Position numbers and translations under genes: made by a program. A stretch of DNA of 21,926 nucleotides. It comes from Candidatus Rokuibacteriota bacterium. GTDB taxonomy: Bacteria; Methylomirabilota; Methylomirabilia; Rokubacteriales; DASRDR01. Location: the NCBI GenBank assembly GCA_044866005.1, contig JBIOTN010000245.1:1-21926 (forward strand). Direction: 5' to 3'. The notes beneath the pieces are model-generated. The model worked only from the letters and a program-made list of their open reading frames with translations. It was not told the origin of the DNA and did no database searches. This document shows, piece after piece, positions 8,029 through 15,962 of the stretch. Numbering within the stretch: the first letter of the stretch is position 1; each line of letters starts with the position of its first letter.

Positions 8029-10156
8029 ACTCCTCCCCCTCATCGCCTTCCTGCTGAACCTCTCCCTCGCCGGGATTGCCGTCTTCCGGAACCCCGGCAG
8101 TCGGCTGAACCGGCTTTTCACCTATTTCGTCTCCGGGTTCGCCCTGTGGAACTTCGGTGCCTTCATGCTGCGGCAGGTCCCCGACGAGTCGAGCGCGTTC
8201 TTCTGGGAGATCGTCATCCACATCGGCGTGATCGCGGTGCCCGCGTTCTACTACCACTTCGTCCTCATCTTCCTCGAGAGCACGACCCAGCACCGTCCGT
8301 CGCTCGCCCTCGCGTACCTCCTCGCCCTGTTCTTCAGCGTGCTGAACATCACGGGCTCCGGGCTCTTCATGAAGGGGGTGACGGCCACCTACTGGGGCTG
8401 GGCGCCCGCGACCGGCCTGCTCTACCTCCCCTTCTTCTTCTATCTGAATGCCTTCTTCATCTGGGGCCTTTGCCACCTCATGAAGGCGAACCAGGGCATC
8501 GACTCGAGCTTCCGGCGAAACCGGGCGACCCTCATCCAGGTCGCCACATTCGTGACCCTGGCCGGCGGCTTCATCGATTTCATCCGGTTCATCCTGGCGA
8601 AGTTCATCCCCGCCGTCGAGCACGTCTATCCGGTCGGGATCCCCGCCAACATGCTCTTCGCCCTCATGCTCGGGACGTCGATCGTCCGCTACCGCCTCTT
8701 CGACGTGAACGTGGCCGTGAAGAAGGCGGCGGTCTACGGCGCCGTGTGCGCGGCCATCACCTCCCTCCTGGTCGTCGCAACGAACACGCTGGAGCGGGCC
8801 TTCAACCTGGAGGACGTGAGCCCGCTGTGGATCGTCGTGCCGCTGGGCTTCGTCATGACGTTGCTGATGAGCCCCTTCGGGCAGCGGCTGGAGGGGCTGA
8901 TCCACCGGCTGATGTTCAGCAAGCGACACGGCTGCTACGAGACCCTGCTCGCGCTGAGCAAGCGCATGAGCGGGATCCTGGACTTCGGAAAGCTGGTGGA
9001 CACGCTGCTGCACAGCCTGGTCCGGGGCATCCCCCTGACCCACTCGATCCTGATGATCTACGACCGGCCCAGCAACGCCTTCGTGGCCTACCGCGAGGAG
9101 AGCGCGACCGAGAGCAGCGGGGTCGGCGCCATCCGGTCGGACAGTCCCGTCGTCCAGTGGCTCACCCGCTACGGCGAAGTGCTGGTGAAGGAGGAGGTCA
9201 AGCTCAATCCCAAGATCGCGGAGTACTTCGAGACCGCCGAGTCGGAGCTGGAAGAGATCAAGGCGTCCCTCATCGTGCCGCTGAAGATCGAGAACAACCT
9301 GATCGGGATCCTGCTGCTGGGCGAGAAGATGTCCGGCGAGATCTTCGACAACCAGGAGCTCGAGGTGCTCTCGGTCCTGGCGAACCAGGCCGCCATCTCG
9401 CTGGGGAATGCCTCCCTGTACGAAGAGCTGGGCAGCTCCAACGCCCGCCTCCTGGAGGCCAACCAGCTCAAGTCCCAGTTCCTGGCCAGCATGTCGCACG
9501 AGCTCCGCACGCCGCTGAACTCGATCATCGGGTTCTCCAAGGTGCTGCTCAACCGGCTGGACGGCGACCTCACGGAGCGGCAGGAGGCGTACATCCGCTC
9601 GGTGCACTCCAGCGGCACCCACCTCCTGCAGCTCATCAACAGCATCCTGGACTTCGCGCGCATCGAGGCCGGGAAGCTCGACCTCCACGCGGAGGAGGTC
9701 GACGTGCACGACCTCGTCAACGAGTGCGTCGACACGTCCGTGCCGCTGATCCGCGGGAAGCCGCTGAAGATCGAGAAGGACGTGCCGCTCGAGCTCCCGC
9801 GGGTGCGGGCCGATCGGACCAAGGTCAAGCAGATCCTGCTGAACCTGGTCAGCAACGCCGTGAAGTTCACGGCGTCGGGGCGGGTCCTCGTCCGCGTCCA
9901 GCTGGAGCCGGACGCCTTCCACGTCAGCGTGGCGGACACCGGGATCGGCATCCGGGAGCGGGACTTGCCGCGGCTGTTCGAGCCCTTCCACCGGCTGGAC
10001 AACCCCCTCTCCCGCGAGGCGGGGGGCACCGGCCTGGGGCTCGCGCTCAGCAAGAAGTACGTGGAGATCCACGGGGGTCGCCTGTGGGCGGAGAGCCGCG
10101 AGAACCACGGGTCCACTTTCCACTTCACGCTGCCGCGCGAGCGGCCGCAGAACTGA
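8015..10156 (+). CDS. Sensor histidine kinase: N-terminal multi-TM (HisKA_7TM-like), GAF, HisKA, HATPase
   Basis: About 300-aa hydrophobic N-terminus, GAF (SLIVPLK...GILLLGEK), H-box MSHELRTPLNSI, N-box NLVSNAVKFT, DTGIGI, GGTGLGL. Confidence 0.95.
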   Translation: MTLHKLLPLIAFLLNLSLAGIAVFRNPGSRLNRLFTYFVSGFALWNFGAFMLRQVPDESSAFFWEIVIHIGVIAVPAFYYHFVLIFLESTTQHRPSLALAYLLALFFSVLNITGSGLFMKGVTATYWGWAPATGLLYLPFFFYLNAFFIWGLCHLMKANQGIDSSFRRNRATLIQVATFVTLAGGFIDFIRFILAKFIPAVEHVYPVGIPANMLFALMLGTSIVRYRLFDVNVAVKKAAVYGAVCAAITSLLVVATNTLERAFNLEDVSPLWIVVPLGFVMTLLMSPFGQRLEGLIHRLMFSKRHGCYETLLALSKRMSGILDFGKLVDTLLHSLVRGIPLTHSILMIYDRPSNAFVAYREESATESSGVGAIRSDSPVVQWLTRYGEVLVKEEVKLNPKIAEYFETAESELEEIKASLIVPLKIENNLIGILLLGEKMSGEIFDNQELEVLSVLANQAAISLGNASLYEELGSSNARLLEANQLKSQFLASMSHELRTPLNSIIGFSKVLLNRLDGDLTERQEAYIRSVHSSGTHLLQLINSILDFARIEAGKLDLHAEEVDVHDLVNECVDTSVPLIRGKPLKIEKDVPLELPRVRADRTKVKQILLNLVSNAVKFTASGRVLVRVQLEPDAFHVSVADTGIGIRERDLPRLFEPFHRLDNPLSREAGGTGLGLALSKKYVEIHGGRLWAESRENHGSTFHFTLPRERPQN

Positions 10157-10170
10157 GGGGACGCGGCGCC

Positions 10171-12366
10171 ATGCCGGGACGTGCAGCGTACCGCGATCGG
10201 AAGGCGACCAAGATCCTCTACATCGAGGACAATCCGGAGAACCGCATGCTGGCGCGGGCGGTGCTGGAATCTCAGGGATACACCGTCGTCGATGCAGAGG
10301 ATGGGCTGTCGGGCATCGAAGCGGCCGTGCGCGAGGACCCCGCGCTGATCCTTCTCGACGTCAACCTGCCCGGCGTCGACGGCTACGAGGTCGTCGCCAT
10401 CCTGAAGTCGTTCCCCAATCTCGCGGCGACGCCCGTCATCGCGGTGACGGCGTACGCCATGGAAGGCGACCGGCAGCGCACCCTGGTCGCCGGCTGCGAC
10501 GGGTACATCCAGAAGCCCATCGACGTCGACACGTTTCCGCGTCAGATCGCCGAATTCCTGGAGGGCCGCCGCGAGCGTGTGGAAGAGCGCGAGGAGGGGA
10601 TCTACCTCCGCGAGCTGAACCAGCGCCTGGTCTACCGCCTGGTGAACCAGGTCGAGGAGCTGAAGCGGGTCAACGAACACTTCGTGCGCCGCGCCCGCCA
10701 GCTGGAGGACCTGCACCGGGCGGTCCAGGACCTGACCTCCGAACTGGGCGTGGTGACGCTCCTGGAGCAGTTCCTGCCGAGCCTCGCCCGCGCGCTCGGC
10801 ACGGCGAGCCTCGTCGTCGAGCTGAGCGAGCCGCCCGGCGTGCGGGTCGCCGTGCAAGGTGATGCCGGGGAGCAGCGGCGCAGCGTGCTGGCCAGGCCGG
10901 GCGTGGAGCCGGCGGACGACTGGACGGAAGTCGAGTGGGAGTTGCCCCTCGCCGTGCGGGGGCGGACCCTCGGCGTCATGATGGCCCGCAAGATCATCCC
11001 GCCAGGCGCGACGGGCGACGAGGAGCAGCTCCTGAAGATCGTGGCCAATCAGGTGGCGATCGCGGTCGAGAACGCACGGCTCTACGCGGAGGTCCAGCAG
11101 CACCTGCGCGAGACGCAGACCCTCCTCAGCGTGAGCCAGGCGGTCAGCTCGACCCTCGACCTCACCGAGACGATGCGGCGGGTGGCGCGGGCGGCGGCGC
11201 GCGCGCTCGGGGCCGACATGGTAGGGGCGTACCTCGCCGATCCCGACCAGATCTCCCTGCGGGCCATCGCGGGCTACCACGTCCCGAAGCAGCTCATCGA
11301 GGCCTTCCGGACCTCGCCCATCCCGCTCAAGGGCCACGCTTTCGTCGAGGAGGCCTGGCAGCAGCAGCAACCGCTGTTCACGGCCGACGCCGAGTCGGAT
11401 CCCCGGGTGGACCGCGAGAGCTTCGAACGGTTCCCCCACCGCTCGGTGCTCTTCGTTCCGATGATCGTGAAGGAGCAACCCGTCGGCGGCCTCTTCGTCC
11501 TGTGGTGGAACCAGAAGCACGAGTTCGCCGCCGAGGAGCTCCGACTCGTCGAGGGCATCAGCCGGCAGGCGGCGCTGGCGCTGGAGAACGCCCGCCTGTA
11601 CCAGGGCGTGCAGCGGCAAATGGCCGAGCTCAAGCAGACGCAGGCCCAGCTGATCCAGTCCGCCAAGCTGGCCGCGATCGGCGAGCTCGCGGCAAACGTC
11701 GCGCACGAGATCAACAACCCCCTGACGAGCGTGCTCGGCTTCGCGTCGTACCTGGCGGAGCAGGTCCCGGCCGGGGCGCCGAACCGCGAGGAGCTGGACC
11801 TCATCCTGGAAGAAGCGACGCGCGCCCGCGACATCGTCCGTGACCTGCTGAACTTCAGCCGCCAGCGCGAGTTCGAGCCCGAGGTCACGGACCTCAACGC
11901 GGTCCTGGAGCAGACGATCGTGATGCTGCGCCGCCAGGGCACGCTCGAGCACCTGACGGTCGAGGAGGTCTACGCGCCCGGCTTGCCGAGCGTGGAGGTC
12001 GACATCGCGCGGATGAAGCAGGTGTTCCTGAACATCGTCAACAACGCCGTCTACGCGATGCGGGACACGGGGGGCTCCCTCACGGTGCGGACCCGGGCCG
12101 TGGACGGCATGGCGGAAGTGGACATCACCGATACCGGCACGGGGATCGCCCCGGATCACCTCGACAAGATCTTCGATCCGTTCTTCACCACGAAGCCCGA
12201 GGTCAGCGGCACCGGCCTCGGGCTCTCGGTGAGCCTCGGGATCGTCCAGAGCCACGGAGGGACCATCGAGGTGAGAAGCCGCCTCGGCCACGGCTCGACG
12301 TTCACCGTCAGGCTCCCGATCAAGTCCGTCGCGGCCGCTCCGCCCGCCAGCCCGCCCTCCGGTTAG
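10171..12366 (+). CDS. Cytoplasmic hybrid histidine kinase: REC (DivK-like), GAF, GAF, HisKA, HATPase (NtrB-type), 731 aa
   Basis: ATG at 10171. KILYIEDN...LLDVNLP...AVTAYAMEGD...YIQKPID, two GAF segments each ending in ENARLY, AHEINNPL, NIVNNA, DTGTGI, FDPFFTTK, GTGLGL. Confidence 0.95.
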   Translation: MPGRAAYRDRKATKILYIEDNPENRMLARAVLESQGYTVVDAEDGLSGIEAAVREDPALILLDVNLPGVDGYEVVAILKSFPNLAATPVIAVTAYAMEGDRQRTLVAGCDGYIQKPIDVDTFPRQIAEFLEGRRERVEEREEGIYLRELNQRLVYRLVNQVEELKRVNEHFVRRARQLEDLHRAVQDLTSELGVVTLLEQFLPSLARALGTASLVVELSEPPGVRVAVQGDAGEQRRSVLARPGVEPADDWTEVEWELPLAVRGRTLGVMMARKIIPPGATGDEEQLLKIVANQVAIAVENARLYAEVQQHLRETQTLLSVSQAVSSTLDLTETMRRVARAAARALGADMVGAYLADPDQISLRAIAGYHVPKQLIEAFRTSPIPLKGHAFVEEAWQQQQPLFTADAESDPRVDRESFERFPHRSVLFVPMIVKEQPVGGLFVLWWNQKHEFAAEELRLVEGISRQAALALENARLYQGVQRQMAELKQTQAQLIQSAKLAAIGELAANVAHEINNPLTSVLGFASYLAEQVPAGAPNREELDLILEEATRARDIVRDLLNFSRQREFEPEVTDLNAVLEQTIVMLRRQGTLEHLTVEEVYAPGLPSVEVDIARMKQVFLNIVNNAVYAMRDTGGSLTVRTRAVDGMAEVDITDTGTGIAPDHLDKIFDPFFTTKPEVSGTGLGLSVSLGIVQSHGGTIEVRSRLGHGSTFTVRLPIKSVAAAPPASPPSG

Positions 12367-12464
12367 GAACGGTCGAAGTAACCGGACCGTTGGGACCGAA
12401 CATCGGGCCCCCGGGGAGGCTTCCGCGCGGCGGCTTCGCCGCCGGCCCACCCGCCCAGCCCTTT

Positions 12465-12504
12465 ACGGGGGGGCATCGGGGGGGTCTCCCCAGCCCCCCC
12501 CGAA
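12465..12504. repeat. REP-like G/C-run palindromic element
   Basis: acgggggggcatcgggggggtctccccagccccccccgaa contains a TCGGGGGGG...CCCCCCCGA stem. Architecture resembles the elements at 20344 and 21819-21926. Confidence 0.5.
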
Positions 12505-12519
12505 AGACCTAGCGCCGGC

Positions 12520-13044
12520 GTGCCCGCCGCGCTGCGCGTCCGCCGGATGCGCGCGGCCGACGTGGCGGCCGTCGCGCGCATCGAGCGCGCGGTCTTCGGG
12601 CGTGAGGCCTGGCCTGCCGCCGCCTTCGCGTACCTCCAGCAGGTCTTTTCGGCGCAGCTCCCGGCCCGCGGGCGGCTCTGGGCGGCCGAGCGCAGCGGGC
12701 GGGTCGTGGGCTACACCGGCGTCGAGCTCTCGGCGCTGGGCGGCGAGGCGGACGTCATCAACCTCGCCGTGGACCCGGCTCACCGCCGCCGCGGGATCGG
12801 GCGGCGCCTCCTCGGCGAGGCCACCGCGTACTGTCGCGCCCGCGGCGTGCTGCTCGTCTGGCTCCGCGTCCGCGCCTCGAACCGCGCCGCGCAAGGCTTC
12901 TACCGCCGGTGCGGCTTCCGGACCGTCGGGCGCTTCCGCCGCTACTACGACGACCCCCCCGAAGACGCCCTCCTCATGGCCCATGGCGACGCGCTCCGAG
13001 GGGCAGCGGCGCCACGGGCCCGCGCTCGCGGCCCCCGGAGGTAG
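12520..13044 (+). CDS. RimI-like N-acetyltransferase (GNAT)
   Basis: IERAVF..W, EADVINLAVDPAHRRRGIGRRLL, LRVRASNRAAQGFYRRCGF, RRYYDDPPEDALLM. Confidence 0.85.
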   Translation: MPAALRVRRMRAADVAAVARIERAVFGREAWPAAAFAYLQQVFSAQLPARGRLWAAERSGRVVGYTGVELSALGGEADVINLAVDPAHRRRGIGRRLLGEATAYCRARGVLLVWLRVRASNRAAQGFYRRCGFRTVGRFRRYYDDPPEDALLMAHGDALRGAAAPRARARGPRR

Positions 13045-13080
13045 GGGATCGGACGGGGTTCCGGCTCCGCCCGGACGTCC

Positions 13081-14028
13081 TCACCAGGGAACGGTCGGCC
13101 GCCGTCCCGAGCCCTCCAGGAGGGCGCGGACCTCGGCCGCGGTGGGCAGGGCGCCGATGGCGCCGCGGCGCGTGCACGCGAGGGCGCCGGCCGCGTTCGC
13201 GACGAGGAGCGCGTCCTCGACCGGCACGCCGGCGGCGAGGAGCGCGGCCAGGGCCCCGTTGAACGCGTCCCCGGCCCCCACGGTGTCCACGGCGGCAACC
13301 CCGAAGGCGGGCACGTGGACAGTCCCGCTCGCGCCGACCAGGAGAGCGCCGTCCGCGCCGATCGTGACCACCGCGGTGCCGACGCCCGCCGCGCGCAACC
13401 GCCGGCCCGCCGCCTCCGCGCCGGCCGCGTCCGAGACCTCCCGCCCGGTGAGGAGCGCAGCCTCCCCTTGGTTCGGCGTCAGGTAGTCCACGAGCGGCAG
13501 GAGGTCCGGGGGGAGCGGCAGCACGCGCGCCGGCGCGGGGTTCAGGATGGTGGTCTTTCCGAGCTCTCGGGCCTGGTGGAGCGCCCAGCGGACGGTCTCG
13601 AGCGGGGTCTCCAGCTGGAGCAGCACGACGTCCGCCGATCGGACGGCCTCGGCGTGCGCCGCGACCCGCTGCCAGGTCAATCGGTGGTTCGCCCCTGGCG
13701 CGACGGCGATCTGGTTGCGCCCCTCGCCGTCCACCGCGATCAGGGCGACGCCGGTCGCGGCCTCGTCCGTCCGGAGGAGCCCGGCCGGCGGCAGACCGTT
13801 CTCGATCAGGGTGGCGACCAGCCGGTCGCCGATGTCGTCGCGCCCCAGCAGGGTCACGAAGTGCACGTCGGCGCCGAGCCGTCGCGCCGCCACAGCCTGA
13901 TTCGCCCCTTTCCCGCCGGCCGAGACGCTCAGCTCACCCCCGGACACGGTCTCGCCGGCCCGCGGCAGACGGGGCACCGCGACGGTGAAGTCGAGGTTCG
14001 AGCTCCCGATCACGCAGACTCGCCGCAC
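13081..14028 (-). CDS. rbsK: Ribokinase (PfkB family)
   Basis: GTG at 14028. VIGSSNLD, GGKGANQAVAA, LLQLETP, ILNPAPA, TPNQGEA, DTVGAGDAFNG. Confidence 0.95.
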   Translation of the reverse strand: MRRVCVIGSSNLDFTVAVPRLPRAGETVSGGELSVSAGGKGANQAVAARRLGADVHFVTLLGRDDIGDRLVATLIENGLPPAGLLRTDEAATGVALIAVDGEGRNQIAVAPGANHRLTWQRVAAHAEAVRSADVVLLQLETPLETVRWALHQARELGKTTILNPAPARVLPLPPDLLPLVDYLTPNQGEAALLTGREVSDAAGAEAAGRRLRAAGVGTAVVTIGADGALLVGASGTVHVPAFGVAAVDTVGAGDAFNGALAALLAAGVPVEDALLVANAAGALACTRRGAIGALPTAAEVRALLEGSGRRPTVPW

Positions 14029-14984
14029 ACCCGCGCCTCGAAGAGCCGCAGGAAGCGCTCGGCGTCCACGCCCAGCGCCACGCGGCAGTTGGGCGGCGCC
14101 GACCAGCGGGCGGGAAGCCGCCGGTCGGCGACGGTCGCCCCGCGGGTCAAGGCGCCGGTCGTCTCGACGGCCACCGGCAGCGAGACCGTCTCCACGAGGC
14201 CCGGGTCGACGGCGACTCCGACGGCGAGCGGGTCGTGCATGACGAAGCCTCGCTCCCCCGACTGCCGGCCGAGCGCCACACCGCGCGCGGCGAGCGTCCC
14301 CGCGAAGCGTGCCACGGGGTCCTGGGATCGGAGGCAGCGCTCGACGGCGTCGGCCGGCCACAGGACCCGCCGGGTGACGTCCAGCGGAACGAGCGTCAGC
14401 GGGAGCCCGGCGCCGAGCACGCGGTCCGCCGCCTCGGGGTCGACATAGAGGTTATACTCGGCGGCCGCGGTCACGTTCCCGCCGACCGCCACCGCGCCCC
14501 CCATCACGACGAGCGCGCGCACGCGGCGGAGGGCGCCGACGTCCCGGTCCACCGCCTCCGCCAGGTTGGTGAGCGGGCCGAGCGCGACGACCACGAGCTC
14601 GCCCGGCCAGCGTCGCGCGCACTCGACGAGCAGGTCCGCGGCATCCCGGTCGTGCCGCCGCAATGGCGCTTCGGGGAACCGGGGACGCCCGTCGGTGCCC
14701 ACGCACGCCGCGAGGCCCCCGAGCCCATCCTCGCCGTGGACGTGCGTCGCCGCGACGAGCGGTCGGAGGCGGGGGGTCGAGGCGCCGACCGCGACGACAG
14801 GCGCCGGGGTCGGCCGGACGACACCGAGGATGCGGGCGACGTTCCGCGTCCCGACCTCGACCGGCACGTTGCCGGCGACCGTCGTCACCGCTTCCACGCG
14901 CCAGGCGGCGGTGCGGAACGCCAGGAGCAGCGCCAGGGCATCGTCCAGCCCCGGGTCGGTATCGAGGAGGACGGGGGTCGTCAC
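14010..14984 (-). CDS. Nucleoside hydrolase (inosine/uridine-preferring family)
   Basis: GTG at 14984. LDTDPGLDDA, TTVAGN, HGEDGLG, LGPLTNLA, MGG, AEYNLYVDPEAA, VPLDVT, MHDP. Overlaps the rbsK start. Confidence 0.95.
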   Translation of the reverse strand: MTTPVLLDTDPGLDDALALLLAFRTAAWRVEAVTTVAGNVPVEVGTRNVARILGVVRPTPAPVVAVGASTPRLRPLVAATHVHGEDGLGGLAACVGTDGRPRFPEAPLRRHDRDAADLLVECARRWPGELVVVALGPLTNLAEAVDRDVGALRRVRALVVMGGAVAVGGNVTAAAEYNLYVDPEAADRVLGAGLPLTLVPLDVTRRVLWPADAVERCLRSQDPVARFAGTLAARGVALGRQSGERGFVMHDPLAVGVAVDPGLVETVSLPVAVETTGALTRGATVADRRLPARWSAPPNCRVALGVDAERFLRLFEARVCGESA

Positions 14985-15052
14985 GGCAGGCGGCCGGCGG
15001 CGGGGGCCATCGGCGGCACGGGAAGCGGGGCCGGCGCCGCGCGGGCTGCCGG

Positions 15053-15487
15053 TCAGGTCTGCCCGGCCATCAGGCTTCGCGCCAACGACTCCGCGACGAG
15101 CCGGTACAGCCGGACGGCGAGCTGCGGCTCCTTTTCCTCGACCAGGGCGAGCTGGCTGCGGGTGAGCTTGACGCAGCGGAGCGGCGACGTCGCGACGACC
15201 GTGGCGATCCGGGGCTGATCTACCAGGATCGAGATCTCCCCGAAGGAGCGGAAGGGGCCGAGCGTGCTGACCGGCTTCTGTCCTTCGCCGACCGTGTCCC
15301 GCACGACCTTCGCCGCGCCCGAGAGGATGAGGTAGAGCCCGTCCCCCGGCTCCCCCGCCCGGACGATGGTGTCCCCGGGACCGAACGAGAGCTGGGTCCC
15401 GAAGTTCGTCAGCCGGAGCAACATCCACTTCTCGACATCCCAGCGGATCTCGAGGTAGCTCGGGTGCTCGCGCGGCGCGGCCATCAT
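15053..15487 (-). CDS. Stand-alone cyclic nucleotide-binding domain protein
   Basis: GDTIVRAGEPGDGLYLILSG and phosphate-binding cassette FGEISILVDQPRIATVVA. Ends after the C-helix with no HTH. Confidence 0.88.
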   Translation of the reverse strand: MMAAPREHPSYLEIRWDVEKWMLLRLTNFGTQLSFGPGDTIVRAGEPGDGLYLILSGAAKVVRDTVGEGQKPVSTLGPFRSFGEISILVDQPRIATVVATSPLRCVKLTRSQLALVEEKEPQLAVRLYRLVAESLARSLMAGQT

Positions 15488-15650
15488 CCCCCCTTCACGG
15501 CATGGGGCCCGACGGGGCCGGCGCCCGGCCGGCAGGCCGGGACGCCGGGCTTTTTCGCCGGCCCATAGTGCCTCAGAGCCGCCGTCCCTGTCCAGCCGGT
15601 GGCCTCCGCCCCCCGGGGCGCGCCGATCCGGCGGCGCGCCCGGGGCGCTC

Positions 15651-15659
15651 TGGTATCAT
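15651..15659 (+). promoter_or_regulatory. Putative extended -10 promoter element for the selenoprotein gene
   Basis: TGgTATCAT (TGn-TAnnnT) in a very GC-rich background, 40 nt upstream of GTG at 15700. Confidence 0.5.
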
Positions 15660-15699
15660 GGAGGCGATCGGCGACCAGCGATCGGAAAGGGGCGAGAGC

Positions 15700-15930
15700 G
15701 TGAGGATCCAGATCACCTACTGCGTCGAATGAGACTACTCCCCCCAGGCCTCCAGTCTGCAGGCCGCGATCAAGAAGGAGTTCGGGCTGACGGCTGACCT
15801 GAAGGAAGGCCACGGCGGCGTCTTCGACGTGGCCATCGACGGCACGGTCGTCTACTCGAAGCACGAGACCTCTCGTTTCCCCGAAAACCACGAAGTCTTC
15901 GCCCGGATCCGCCAGCGCCTCCCGAAGTGA
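15700..15930 (+). CDS. Rdx-family (SelW/SelT/SelH-like) selenoprotein, 76 aa, Sec at UGA 15730-15732
   Basis: Read-through translation MRIQITYCVEUDYSPQASSLQAAIKKEFGLTADLKEGHGGVFDVAIDGTVVYSKHETSRFPENHEVFARIRQRLPK*. CxxU, GGVFDV and SK...RFP are Rdx hallmarks. RBS GAAAGGGG upstream. Confidence 0.93.
15747..15765 (+). promoter_or_regulatory. Putative bacterial SECIS hairpin
   Basis: GGCCT-CCAGTCTGC-AGGCC stem-loop starting 14 nt after the in-frame UGA, with a G in the apical loop. Confidence 0.7.
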
Positions 15931-15962
15931 GGTGAGGGGGGGTCCCTGCCCCCCGAGCGCGC

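Noticed and set aside
8146..10170. N-terminal 675 aa of the 1406-aa ORF 8146..12366
   Set aside because: Off-frame shadow of the kinase at 8015..10156 (Arg/Pro/Gly-rich, no motifs). The real protein begins at ATG 10171.
7925..12450. Long antisense ORFs (732 aa and 1093 aa), and similar ones elsewhere such as 3278..4867 and 6592..8121
   Set aside because: Antisense shadows expected from high-GC codon bias opposite well-supported genes.
15502..15732. 76-aa ORF ending at YCVE*
   Set aside because: Upstream part is intergenic. The stop is better explained as Sec in the 15700-15930 gene.
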